A stretch of 64,000 nucleotides of DNA from Candidatus Saccharicenans sp. (lineage in GTDB: Bacteria; Acidobacteriota; Aminicenantia; Aminicenantales; Saccharicenantaceae): contig JAGOPD010000002.1 of the NCBI GenBank assembly GCA_017992175.1, positions 46,149-110,148 of the forward strand, read 5' to 3'. Below the pieces are notes generated by a model. The model saw nothing but the letters and a program-made list of their open reading frames with translations. It was not told where the DNA came from and searched no databases. The position numbers were made by a program, and so were the translations under genes. Below, one piece after another: positions 18,034 to 27,535 of this stretch (position 1 is the stretch's first letter; each line of letters starts with the position of its first letter).

Positions 18034-20595
18034 ATGACTGCCAGACAAAAAGGATTACCGATCGAACAACTCGAATTACTCTGGCGCCAGGTCCAGAAGC
18101 CGGGCCGGTATATCGGAGGTGAATCTAACCAGATAAAAAAAGACCCTCAGTCAGCTAAGATCAAAATCGCCCTGGCCTTTCCTGAAGTTTATGAGCTGGG
18201 CCTGTCATATCTTGGGCAGAAAATTCTATATTTTCTGCTTAATCAAAGTCCGGATATTCTGGCCGAAAGAGTCTATGCTCCCTGGCCTGATTTCGAGCTT
18301 CAGCTCCGGAAACACCAGCTTCCTCTCTATTCCCTCGAGAATAAGATTCCACTCAATAATTTCGAAATCGTTGGTTTTTCCCTCCTTTATGAACTAAATG
18401 ATACGAATTTGTTAAATATGCTGGAACTGGGTCAAATCCCCAGGAAGACGGCTGACCGCCAGCTGTCTGATCCCCTGGTTATAGCTGGAGGACCGGCAGC
18501 CTTTAACCCGGAGCCGCTGGCCGATTTTATTGATTTCTTTGTTTTTGGTGATGGGGAAGAGGTCTTTTTTGAAATAATAAAAAGATATCTCGAAGTCAGG
18601 CCTGAAGCCAGCAGCCGCGAAGAATTACTGCGAAGTTTTCTTAAGATTAAGGGTGTTTATGTACCTTATTTTTACCAGGCCGAGAGACAGGAGAAAAGCT
18701 TTTTGCTGGTTCCCCGGCCCGAAGCCGGCCTGCCTGAAACTATTGACAAGAGGTTAATTTGTCCCCTGGATAAAATCAGCTCAGCCGAAAAAGCAGCTGT
18801 TCCTAATATTCAATCCGTCTTCGACCGCTGGCAGGTAGAAGTGGCCCGGGGCTGCCCTCAAAACTGCCGTTTCTGTCAGGCTGCCAGCCTTTATTTTCCT
18901 TATCGCTACCGCTCCGGCCAGGAGGTTGAACATCTGGCTTATACCGGCCTGAAAAAGACAGGCTATGAAGAGCTGTCGTTTATTGCTTTATCGGTGGGGG
19001 ATTATCCTTACCTTGAACAATCAATCAAAGACCTGCTGCCCTTTCTGGAAAGCCGCAAAATTTCAATTTCCCTGCCTTCCCTCCGGCCTGAAACCCTTTC
19101 CAGCGAACTAGTTGAAGACATAGTCAGGATTAAAAAAACCGGCTTTACTTTGGTGCCAGAAGCTGGAAGTGAACGGCTGCGCCGGGTCATTAATAAGAGG
19201 ATTACCGATGAACAATTAACGGTCGCGGCCGGTTATGCCTTTGCCCATGGCTGGCGATTGCTTAAGCTCTATTTTATGATAGGTTTACCAACCGAAAGAC
19301 AGGAGGATCTGGAGGCTATAGTTGATCTCCTTTCCCGTCTGATTGAATCGGGGAAAAGAGTGATTAAAAACGTTCCTGCTATTAATTTGACTCTATCCTC
19401 ATTTATTCCCAAACCACATACACCTTTCCAATGGCTGGCCATGGAGGAGGCGGCCAGCCTGCAGGAAAAGCAATATTATTTAAGAAGTCGGCTGCGGCGC
19501 TGGAAAAAAATCGAGATTAAAGAATCTAAAGTCGAAAGCTCCATCCTGGAAGCTGTTTTTTCCCGCGGGGACCGGAAGCTGGGACGGGTTCTGGAAGAGG
19601 CTTTCCGGCTTGGAGCCAGATTTGATGGCTGGACAGATCAATTCAATTTTAATCTCTGGCAGCAGGCTTTTGATCACTGTCAGATTGATTATCAGAACTA
19701 CCTCCAGGCCATTGACCCAGAGGCTATTCTGCCCTGGGAGATAGTTAAGACCGGGCTTAAAAAAACTCATCTCTGGCAGGAGTACCTGGCCTCTCTGGAA
19801 GCCCGGCAAACCCCCGTCTGTCAGGAGAAAACTTGCTCAGATTGTCAGGCCTGTTACTGGCCCCAATTTAAGCCGGCTGGACCAACTATTTCGACCATAG
19901 AAGCGGACTCCTGGCCTGCCATTAATTTGAAGAGTAATGGCGACAAGGAAAATAAGAGAATTCAACCCGTCTATCGCTACCGGGCGACTTATAGCAAAAC
20001 CGGGCTAGTCCGTTTTATTTCGCATAATGATTTATTAAATCAGATAGACCGGAGCTTCAGAAAAGCTGAAATTGAAATCAGCTTTTCGCAGGGATTTCAT
20101 CCGAAAATGCTCATTACCCATGGTCCGGCCCTGCCCCTCGGGATGGAAGCTAAGGCTGAAGTGCTGGAATTTAAATCGCCTGAAATACTTAGTTCTTCAG
20201 AATTTATAAATAAAATTCAGGCAGGGACGCCAGAAGGTTTGTCTTTTATCGGTTTAAAAGCCTGTTCAGCTGAGACCAGGCCGCTTTTTCAGGATATAAA
20301 GGGATTGGTTTATTCTCTAAACCTTGGAGACCCTGTAATCCGGGCGGCGGGTCTGGCCCCAGAAAAATTAACTGAAGGTTATCTGTTTGATTATTCTTCT
20401 CGATTCGAAGGCCAGGTGAAGATTGAACTGGAATCGCTCCAGGATCGCCTGTTTTTTTATTTAGCTTTTAATCCCCAGAAACCGCTTAGAATTCAGGACA
20501 TAGTTGAGGCCTGGCTGGGGATCGAAAACCCGGTCTATGCTTTGACCAGAGAATATCTGATTTTCAGCCAGGGAACCGACTCGAGACAAATTTAA
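18034..20595 (+). CDS. Fused radical SAM protein (B12-binding-like N-domain + radical SAM core) with a C-terminal DUF2344-like domain
   Basis: CPQNCRFCQA is a CxxxCxxC motif. The N-terminal part resembles the TIGR03960 class. The C-terminal ~230 aa (YRYRATYSKTGLVRFISHNDLLN...) resembles the TIGR03936/DUF2344 class, which is usually a separate gene. Confidence 0.75.
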   Translation: MTARQKGLPIEQLELLWRQVQKPGRYIGGESNQIKKDPQSAKIKIALAFPEVYELGLSYLGQKILYFLLNQSPDILAERVYAPWPDFELQLRKHQLPLYSLENKIPLNNFEIVGFSLLYELNDTNLLNMLELGQIPRKTADRQLSDPLVIAGGPAAFNPEPLADFIDFFVFGDGEEVFFEIIKRYLEVRPEASSREELLRSFLKIKGVYVPYFYQAERQEKSFLLVPRPEAGLPETIDKRLICPLDKISSAEKAAVPNIQSVFDRWQVEVARGCPQNCRFCQAASLYFPYRYRSGQEVEHLAYTGLKKTGYEELSFIALSVGDYPYLEQSIKDLLPFLESRKISISLPSLRPETLSSELVEDIVRIKKTGFTLVPEAGSERLRRVINKRITDEQLTVAAGYAFAHGWRLLKLYFMIGLPTERQEDLEAIVDLLSRLIESGKRVIKNVPAINLTLSSFIPKPHTPFQWLAMEEAASLQEKQYYLRSRLRRWKKIEIKESKVESSILEAVFSRGDRKLGRVLEEAFRLGARFDGWTDQFNFNLWQQAFDHCQIDYQNYLQAIDPEAILPWEIVKTGLKKTHLWQEYLASLEARQTPVCQEKTCSDCQACYWPQFKPAGPTISTIEADSWPAINLKSNGDKENKRIQPVYRYRATYSKTGLVRFISHNDLLNQIDRSFRKAEIEISFSQGFHPKMLITHGPALPLGMEAKAEVLEFKSPEILSSSEFINKIQAGTPEGLSFIGLKACSAETRPLFQDIKGLVYSLNLGDPVIRAAGLAPEKLTEGYLFDYSSRFEGQVKIELESLQDRLFFYLAFNPQKPLRIQDIVEAWLGIENPVYALTREYLIFSQGTDSRQI

Positions 20596-20615
20596 TGGCC
20601 ACCATCCTTAAATTA

Positions 20616-21317
20616 TTATTTTATAATTCTGGAGCTTTTTTGAATAATCTGACGGCCTTGGGGTCCACAGCACAAATAGAGGTCAAGAGCTGATAAATTA
20701 GCCAGAAAATCTCCCCAGAATTGCGGATAGGGCAGCTGATCATATTTTAAAAAGACGAGTTTCAGCCCGGCTGCCTTTAGTCTGGAAGAATCAAAGTGAC
20801 GGTCAGCCAGATAAGGAAAGAGTATTTCCGAGGCTTTGACTTCTTTAGCCAGATCAATTAAAAGCTCCGGGCCCCGGCCGGTGAGACCAAGCTCTGATTG
20901 GAGAAGTTGGGGGCTGCCAATTTCCAGCCAGCTTTTTAATTTGCTTATTAATTCCAGGGCCAGCTCGGGGAAATTGTCCCGGACAGCCTCCAAGACAGTT
21001 TTGAGCTCAGCCGAAACAGATTGATAGTAAAGCGAATGACCATAATAATGTCTGAGCAAAGCCAGAAACCTGGCTGAGAATCTTTCTGGCTGGTGAAGCC
21101 GGAGTTGCCTTATAGTTTGCCGGCCCAGGTTCTTTTTTTTTACCGGTACAGTTACCCGGATTTCTCCTGCCGGCCCTTTTAGACGGTTGCGGTTGACAAA
21201 AGTAAAGCCGCGAGCAAATTGAGTCTGATCAAGGATAATCATCAGATCAGAGTTAAGCTGCCGGCCAAAAAAGCCTCCATAGGGAATAAAAACCGGCTGG
21301 CTAAAACTGATCCGCAT
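20616..21317 (-). CDS. WbqC-like family protein
   Basis: MRISFSQPVFIPYGGFFGRQLNSDLMIILDQTQF...RNRL matches my memory of the WbqC family N-terminus. Confidence 0.55.
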   Translation of the reverse strand: MRISFSQPVFIPYGGFFGRQLNSDLMIILDQTQFARGFTFVNRNRLKGPAGEIRVTVPVKKKNLGRQTIRQLRLHQPERFSARFLALLRHYYGHSLYYQSVSAELKTVLEAVRDNFPELALELISKLKSWLEIGSPQLLQSELGLTGRGPELLIDLAKEVKASEILFPYLADRHFDSSRLKAAGLKLVFLKYDQLPYPQFWGDFLANLSALDLYLCCGPQGRQIIQKSSRIIK

Positions 21318-21434
21318 GGCCTGGACCTCTGCTTATTACTATTTTAATCCGGGCCGGGGGAGAAAGAAAAGCCAGAGCCTGAAGGATGACCAATATTTAT
21401 CAGACCAAACTATTTTCCAGTCAAACAAAATTCG

Positions 21435-21463
21435 TTGACAGCCTATCTGCAATTTTTGATAAT
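21435..21463 (+). promoter_or_regulatory. Sigma-70-like promoter for the first C69 peptidase gene
   Basis: TTGACA (21435-21440), a 17-nt spacer, then GATAAT (21458-21463). Confidence 0.35.
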
Positions 21464-21507
21464 GGAAAAGATTAGATTCAGAAAAGACTTTGAATGGAGG
21501 CTATGTG

Positions 21508-23139
21508 ATGAAACCCAGCTTAACTAAATATCGCCTGCGGCCGGCTGTTATTATTATTTTCTGCCTGTTGCTGGCCAGCTGGCAGCTGACCGCAGCCGGG
21601 GACAGGAAAGTTAGCAAGGCTGAAGCCGCTGATGGCTCGGGCTGTACCAGTATTATGGTCGGACGTTTAGCCACGGTTGACGGCTCGGTCATTACCTGCC
21701 ATACCTGTGACGGCAATTACCGTCAATGGGTAAATATTGTGCCCCACCGGAAAAATGCGCCTGGCTCGACCAATAAAATATATGACGGCCGGCTGCACAC
21801 CGAAACTCCTGATGATCTGAGGCGGATGGTTCTCAAGGGCGAAATCCCCGAGGTGGCCGAGACCTTTGCTTTTCTCAATACCGCTTATCCGGCTTTGAAT
21901 GAAAAAGGGCTGGCTATAGGCGAAACAACTATTGAGGGCCGGCCTGAGCTTTATAATCCCGAAGGCCTATTTATGATTGAAGAGCTGGAAAGAATTATGC
22001 TGGAGCGGTGCCAGACTGCCCGGGAAGCAATAAAGTTAGCTGGCCAGCTGGCCAAGCAATATGGATACGGGGATTATGGTGAATGCTTGACAATTGCTGA
22101 TGGTAAAGAAGTCTGGCAATTTGAAATCTTTGGAGCCGGCCCCCTGGAAAAAGGGGCTGTCTGGGCAGCCGTCCGCATTCCGGATGATCAGGTTGGCATT
22201 TCAGCCAATATTCCACGTATTGCCGAAATTAATTTGAAGGATCCGGATCATTATCTGGCTTCTGACAATGTTTTTGAGCTGGCTCAGGCCATGGGCTGGT
22301 ATTCACCTGACAAGGATAAAACCTTTAAATTCTGGAAGGCTTATAGCGGCCGGAAACCATTCTCTATCAGGGAATATTTTGTTTTCAGCCAGTTGGCTCC
22401 TTCTTTGAAGCTCGATTATCAGGCCGAAGAACTGCCTTTTTCCATTAAGCCCGATAAAAGAGTCTCGGTTAGAGATATACTGAAGTTTTACCGGGAGACC
22501 TATGAGGGAACCGATTTTGATCAAAGCCGGAATTTGCTGGTCAAAAAAAGAAACTCTGACGAACTGAGCAGGAGCCCGGTAGCCAGTAACTGGCTCTCCC
22601 GCGACTGGATTAATTTGATTAATACCCTCAAGCCAGGGACAATTCAACCCCAAAGAACGATTGCGATTATGGGTTGTTCTTATGCCACCGTTATTCAGAT
22701 TAAAGGCTGGCTGCCGCCAGCGGTCGGAGCAGTTTGCTGGTTCGCTTTTGATAACCCGGCTTTGAGCCCCAGAATTCCGATTTTTGCCGGAACAACCGAG
22801 TTGCCTCCAGGTTTTGATATTTGTGCCCAGCACCGCTATCGTGAAGATTCAGCCGCCTGGATATTCAGGCGGACCAACCGCCTGGCAGGTTTGAGATGGG
22901 GTGAGAACCGCCAGTTAATGGAAGAGACTGTCAGGGTATTTGAGGAGAAAGGTTTTTCCGATCTGCCGCCGATAGAGAAAAAAGCGCTGGAGATTATAAA
23001 CAGTAAAAATCCAGAAAAAGAGCCTTTTAATTTGAACCAATACCTGACCGCTTATACTGGCGATTTTGCCCGGGCCGCCCTGCAGAAATATCGTGAGCTT
23101 TATGAATTATTCTGGACCCGTTATGCCCGGGGAATTTAG
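21508..23139 (+). CDS. Exported C69-family (Ntn cysteine) dipeptidase
   Basis: A signal peptide is followed by GCTSIMVGRLATVDGSVITCHTCDG, which is the nucleophile Cys context of peptidase family C69. I moved the start to ATG at 21508, 7 nt after GGAGG. Confidence 0.85.
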   Translation: MKPSLTKYRLRPAVIIIFCLLLASWQLTAAGDRKVSKAEAADGSGCTSIMVGRLATVDGSVITCHTCDGNYRQWVNIVPHRKNAPGSTNKIYDGRLHTETPDDLRRMVLKGEIPEVAETFAFLNTAYPALNEKGLAIGETTIEGRPELYNPEGLFMIEELERIMLERCQTAREAIKLAGQLAKQYGYGDYGECLTIADGKEVWQFEIFGAGPLEKGAVWAAVRIPDDQVGISANIPRIAEINLKDPDHYLASDNVFELAQAMGWYSPDKDKTFKFWKAYSGRKPFSIREYFVFSQLAPSLKLDYQAEELPFSIKPDKRVSVRDILKFYRETYEGTDFDQSRNLLVKKRNSDELSRSPVASNWLSRDWINLINTLKPGTIQPQRTIAIMGCSYATVIQIKGWLPPAVGAVCWFAFDNPALSPRIPIFAGTTELPPGFDICAQHRYREDSAAWIFRRTNRLAGLRWGENRQLMEETVRVFEEKGFSDLPPIEKKALEIINSKNPEKEPFNLNQYLTAYTGDFARAALQKYRELYELFWTRYARGI

Positions 23140-23190
23140 ACCTGACTGAATCGACCGAATGGTTCGGCTTGTCGGACCGCTAAACCTGGT

Positions 23191-24387
23191 TTACTTTATT
23201 AACATCAGTTCGGTTTGAGGCTGACTGAGAAAGTCAGCACCAGTTTCGGTCACCACCACCATATTTTCGATGGTAACGACACCGCGGCCAGGAACAGTCA
23301 ACCGAGGCTCAACAGTGAAGACCATTCCAGGTTCCAGAGGATGTAAAGGTTTATCGGTATATTTTTCCCAGGTTGGTCCGAGAAGAGCTGTGCCATCATG
23401 GGCGAACCGGCCGACCTGATGGCCGAGGGCATGGGGAAATTCATCATAGCCGGCTTCAGTTATAATTTGTCTGGCTAACTGATCAATCACCAGCCCCTTA
23501 ACTCCTGGCTTCATAGCTTGCCGGCATTTTTCTATTGTTGTGATGATGGTTTCAAAGCCTTTTTTAACTTCAGCCGGAACCTGAGTTTCCCCTTTATCCA
23601 TAACGTAAAATGTTCTTTGCAGGTCAGAACAGTAGCCATCAACCTTAAGGCCGAAATCCATATTAAGAACATGGCCGGGTTTAACCTGCCGGTCAGTCGG
23701 AGAATAATGAGCCTGAGCTGTTTCCGGCCCGGTAAAGACCGCCGGACAGGTGGCTTCGGCCCAGGCCGTCTGAAGCTGGCGCTCTCTGACCTGATTTAAC
23801 ATGAAAGCTGCAATTTCTTTTTCAGTTTTCCCGGGAGCAATAAATTTCCAGACCAGCTGGAAAATTCTCTCTGTTTCTGCGCAGGCTGCTTTCATCGCCT
23901 CAAGTTCAGACGGCGTTTTCCTTTCCCGGAGAGCAGAAGTAATCCGTTCGGCCGAAACCAGACGATTTTCATAGCCAAGGTCTTGAAGAAAATCAGATAG
24001 AACCAGGTACAGGCCGTGGGTCAAACCATCGCTTATTTCACTGTTCTTTGAATAGTTAATAGCAATTGTTTGTGGCTGAATTTCCTTCAGATAACCCTGT
24101 AATAGCTCTTTGATCCCGGTTATGTAACTGTCCACCGAATCATAAGCTCCGGTCTCTTCAATTCCTTTTTGATCATAAAGGCCAACAATAGCTTTTTTCC
24201 GGCCAGAAGAAGTAATAATGAAAGCCGAATGCCAGGTGACCTGACCGGGGGCCAGAAAGACCAGTATCGGGTCACCGCAAATCTCACTCTCTCTGGTAAA
24301 GGTTAGCCAGCAATCGATTCCTGTTTCTTTAAGTATATGTACAGCCTGTTCCGTTTTTTCTCTGATCAGGGCCTCTTTTTTAAGCAT
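23191..24387 (-). CDS. M24-family metallopeptidase (Xaa-Pro aminopeptidase / prolidase-like)
   Basis: Pita-bread metal-ligand pattern (DFGLKVDGYCSDLQRT, HALGHQVG, FTVEP, ENMVVV) with a creatinase-like N-domain. Confidence 0.85.
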   Translation of the reverse strand: MLKKEALIREKTEQAVHILKETGIDCWLTFTRESEICGDPILVFLAPGQVTWHSAFIITSSGRKKAIVGLYDQKGIEETGAYDSVDSYITGIKELLQGYLKEIQPQTIAINYSKNSEISDGLTHGLYLVLSDFLQDLGYENRLVSAERITSALRERKTPSELEAMKAACAETERIFQLVWKFIAPGKTEKEIAAFMLNQVRERQLQTAWAEATCPAVFTGPETAQAHYSPTDRQVKPGHVLNMDFGLKVDGYCSDLQRTFYVMDKGETQVPAEVKKGFETIITTIEKCRQAMKPGVKGLVIDQLARQIITEAGYDEFPHALGHQVGRFAHDGTALLGPTWEKYTDKPLHPLEPGMVFTVEPRLTVPGRGVVTIENMVVVTETGADFLSQPQTELMLIK

Positions 24388-24421
24388 TTTTACCCTCCAT
24401 GCTTATTTTTTTTGATTATGT

Positions 24422-25795
24422 TTATTGACCGTATTTTTCAAGTTTCCTCATAGACAGTAAAACCAGGCCGGCCGCCAGGGCCAGTAATCCGGCCAGAAGC
24501 AGGAAATATTGATGATGGGGAAACTGGCTATAGAGCTTTCCGAGTAATCCGCTGCCGTAGCTTCCAATAGCCGTAGCCACAAACCAGCCGCCCATCATCA
24601 AGCCTCTGATTTTATCGGGAGCTACTTTGGAAACATAAGATTGGCCCATTGGTGAGATTAAGATTTCAGCTATGGTGACTATAAAGTAAGTCCCGATTAA
24701 CCAGAAAGGCGACATAATGTTGAGATCTCTATTGCCTCCCTGGCCGCAGGCCAGAACCATAACCAGCATGGCGGCCATCATAAAAATCATACCATAGAAG
24801 ATCTTTTTAGGAGTTGACGGTTCTTTTCCCCGCTGGCTCAGTCTGGTAAAGAAGGAAAGCAGGACAGGAGTTAAAATCAAAATAAAGAATGGTTCAAAAA
24901 ATTGATAAGTTTCAGGTCTTAGCCAGCTTTTTAAAACCGTGGAGCGGGCAGCAAACAGAGTCAGAGCAAAGCCATTTTGATAGAAAGCTACCCAGAATAA
25001 GATAACGATGGCAAAAAGAAGGCCAAGGGTTAAAATCCTGTCAGAAAAGTCTTTTCCCTGACTGCCCTGACAGGCTGCATCGGTCGCGGAGAGCTGGCCC
25101 ACCTGGTCTGAATTAGAACCAGAATAGCTATGGTCACTGTCGTTTTGAACTCTGGCTTCAGCTTTTTGTTTATCTTCTGTTTTTCCAGCCAGCTTTGATT
25201 TCAAATCGTCAGCCGGGATCAGCAGGGATTTCCCTGCCTGAAAGATAACCAGAGCCAGGACTAAACCGCCGGCCGCCACCCAGAAAGAAAGGTGATAACT
25301 GTGAAAAACAGCGCTGTTGACGGTGGCTATAACCGGAGCAATCATTGCCCCGAGATTTACACCCATGTAATAAATATTAAATCCGGCATCCTTTAATTCT
25401 GGCTGCTGTTTGTAGATGTTGCCAACCATCACAGCCATATTGACTTTAAAGATGCCTGTGCCAACGGCAATCAGCAGGAGACCAAACAAAAATGAGGTGG
25501 TCTGTCTGGCGGAGGACAAGGCCAGGCCAATATAACCGGCAGACATCAGGATGGCGCCGGTCCTGATAGTTTTCAGACGGCCTAACAACCGGTCTCCTAA
25601 AAAGCCGCCAACCAGCGGGAAAAAATAACAGAGGGCCAGAAAAGCTCCATACCAATCACCCTTTTTCGAGTCTGGCCAGCCAAGGACTTTATCCATATAA
25701 AGAACTAGAATAGCCATCAGGGTGTAGAAGCCAACTCTTTCCCACATCTCAGTAAAGAAAATATATCTCAGGGCTTTAGGGTGTTTTTTAAGCAT
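24422..25795 (-). CDS. POT/PTR2-family di-/tripeptide:proton symporter
   Basis: FTEMWERVGFY matches the ExxERFxYY signature. The protein is a 12-14 TM MFS type with a hydrophilic central loop. Confidence 0.88.
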   Translation of the reverse strand: MLKKHPKALRYIFFTEMWERVGFYTLMAILVLYMDKVLGWPDSKKGDWYGAFLALCYFFPLVGGFLGDRLLGRLKTIRTGAILMSAGYIGLALSSARQTTSFLFGLLLIAVGTGIFKVNMAVMVGNIYKQQPELKDAGFNIYYMGVNLGAMIAPVIATVNSAVFHSYHLSFWVAAGGLVLALVIFQAGKSLLIPADDLKSKLAGKTEDKQKAEARVQNDSDHSYSGSNSDQVGQLSATDAACQGSQGKDFSDRILTLGLLFAIVILFWVAFYQNGFALTLFAARSTVLKSWLRPETYQFFEPFFILILTPVLLSFFTRLSQRGKEPSTPKKIFYGMIFMMAAMLVMVLACGQGGNRDLNIMSPFWLIGTYFIVTIAEILISPMGQSYVSKVAPDKIRGLMMGGWFVATAIGSYGSGLLGKLYSQFPHHQYFLLLAGLLALAAGLVLLSMRKLEKYGQ

Positions 25796-25964
25796 AGCGG
25801 CCGGATCCTTTGGTGTCGTTTCCTTTAATCAGAATAAACAAAACCTTTAAGTTCAACCTGATGTATTTCAAGGCTTTAATCCCTTTACCGGACGGGACTG
25901 CGTTTTAAAACAGGAAGAGACCTGAGTTTCAATTAAGGCCTGTACGCTGGTCAGAAATTAACTC

Positions 25965-27056
25965 TCAACCGATTTCGTATCTGAAGACCTTTAGTCCAGG
26001 TAAAGGTTCAGCCTTTCCGCGGTAAACATCCCAATAGTAATCACGAACTTCTTTTAACTTGTCATAGAGAGGATGAGTTTTTACCGGAATATGCTGGGCG
26101 ATGATTTTCAAACTATTATCAACCAGAACCAGTTTTTCTGCCCGGTTAAGAATGCCGGCTGTTCCAACACTGGCTACAGCTACCAGCTCATTCTTCTTAA
26201 CCCGGTCGAGCAGCTCGCCAAAAGTAAAAGGTCGCTCTTCGACTTTAATTTTCTGGCTTTTGAGAATGGCTACCATACCTTTAATGGTGATAGAAGGCAG
26301 GATTAACTTACTTTCAGGTATTTTAACTATGGTGCCGTCCTGGAGGCCCAGCAAGCAACAGGACGAATCCCATTCTGTAATTTCTCTTTGTTCAATCGGG
26401 AGGTAAGGCTTATCATCCAGGAAAAGAACTGCTGCTGCCTCGGGAGTAATACTTTTGGCCTCATCTATGGCCTTAATACTCATTGAGTAATTTACTCCGA
26501 GCTTCAGGCAGCCGGTCCCGTTGGCCCCGATTGCTCTGATTAAATTGGGTATAACCACTCCGGTAAATGGTTCACCAAGATAACGGTCATACATGCAGGT
26601 TACGGCCCTGATAGCCGGATAATGAGGAAAGCTCACACCCATAGAATGCTCTTCATCAAGGGTAAACGGCCGGAGGTAACCCTGAACTCCCTTGGCGGCC
26701 ATTTCTTCCAGATAAGGTCTGAGAGCCGGGTTAGAAAAATATTTATTGATAAATAAGTCTTCCAGTTCTTCTTTGGTCGGGACGATAGACTGCTGCTCCC
26801 GGCTGAGATTAAAAGCCATACTCTGGCGGAACCGTTCCAGGTTTTGATCCCAGTTGACCAGAACCAGCTCGAGTTTTCCGTTTTCTTTCCGGTGACAAAA
26901 GTAGCGGATTCCCTCAAAACAGAGGAAACTGGCATAATAGGCAGATCTGGTGGCCGCATAAGTTTTAGCCTCGGCTTCAAACAGATCAAAGCTCTTATTA
27001 TGAAGAAAATAACGCATCTGACCTGGAGCCCATTTAGCATTTTCAAAGTTAGCCAT
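25965..27056 (-). CDS. Class IV (branched-chain / D-amino-acid) aminotransferase-fold protein, divergent
   Basis: 363 aa. GTGCLKLGVNYS aligns with the BCAT PLP-lysine motif GTGxxKxGGNY. ILPSITIKG and SVGTAG resemble ILPGITR and GTAA. AAGGAG RBS lies 7 nt upstream of the ATG. Confidence 0.65.
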   Translation of the reverse strand: MANFENAKWAPGQMRYFLHNKSFDLFEAEAKTYAATRSAYYASFLCFEGIRYFCHRKENGKLELVLVNWDQNLERFRQSMAFNLSREQQSIVPTKEELEDLFINKYFSNPALRPYLEEMAAKGVQGYLRPFTLDEEHSMGVSFPHYPAIRAVTCMYDRYLGEPFTGVVIPNLIRAIGANGTGCLKLGVNYSMSIKAIDEAKSITPEAAAVLFLDDKPYLPIEQREITEWDSSCCLLGLQDGTIVKIPESKLILPSITIKGMVAILKSQKIKVEERPFTFGELLDRVKKNELVAVASVGTAGILNRAEKLVLVDNSLKIIAQHIPVKTHPLYDKLKEVRDYYWDVYRGKAEPLPGLKVFRYEIG

Positions 27057-27360
27057 CTTTAACTCCTTTAAGATTAATTATTTTAAAATGAACATGTTTT
27101 CTCTGCAAAGATAGTCATTAATTAGACTAAAGCCAGCCCGGGAGGAGAACTATCACCCGGATGGTCAAAGTCTCTTGGCTTGAGACCCTTAACTGGCCTG
27201 ACCTGGTTATGAAGGTTAGCTAATAGCCGGAGTGTTGCCAGCCGGCAAATGAGCCAGGTTATTTTTCCGGTTAACAGACAAAAAACTCTGCTCCGAGCGA
27301 ATTCTCCGGTCAGATTAAAGTTATATATAATATCAGGCTCAATCATGACCTTAAGATATA
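27057..27360 (-). promoter_or_regulatory. Candidate structured 5' leader (unclassified cis-regulatory RNA) of the aminotransferase gene
   Basis: About 300 nt lie between a TATAAT promoter and the RBS. Nested helices are visible:
- 27132-27136 with 27193-27197, which encloses the next two helices
- 27138-27142 with 27156-27160
- 27167-27174 with 27182-27189
- 27201-27206 with 27254-27259, which encloses the next helix
- 27226-27230 with 27242-27246
I recognised no known riboswitch consensus. Confidence 0.3.
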
Positions 27361-27362
27361 TT

Positions 27363-27390
27363 ATTATAAATTTTCAGGAAAAAATTCAAA
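27363..27390 (-). promoter_or_regulatory. Sigma-70-like promoter driving the long leader
   Basis: On the minus strand, TTTGAA (27390-27385) or TTGAAT (27389-27384) is followed by a 15-16 nt spacer and a consensus TATAAT (27368-27363). Confidence 0.35.
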
Positions 27391-27535
27391 TAAAAAATAG
27401 AGCCCGGCTTTAAAGTTTAAACTGCCTGCCAGTAAGGATAGCTGGTTTAAAAAGTTTTAGCTTTTAAGTAAAATGTCTGACTTGTGGAGATATTAAAACT
27501 TTAAAGGCTGACTAAATTTGAGCGGAGGACAATAA

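Noticed and set aside
27190-27215. The minus-strand CCAGGUCAGG string resembles the start of the SRP (4.5S) RNA domain IV consensus.
   Set aside because: The following sequence lacks the conserved GGAA tetraloop context and the GAAGCAGCC symmetric-loop motif. The surrounding helices do not form the long SRP hairpin.
27122-27346. A 74-aa minus-strand ORF sits in the large intergenic region.
   Set aside because: It has no RBS upstream, and its composition is odd, rich in Leu, Arg and Cys. It coincides with the stacked helices of the putative leader RNA, so it is better explained as non-coding.
27057-27360. I considered a T-box, SAM-I, glycine, lysine, TPP or cobalamin riboswitch identity for the leader.
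   Set aside because: I could not find any of the core consensus strings, such as GGGUGGNACCGCG, the CUGAGA/ACCUGAUCUGG-type TPP core, or GCCACUG. The nearest match (CCGGGUGAUAG) diverges after GGGUG. The leader is left unclassified.
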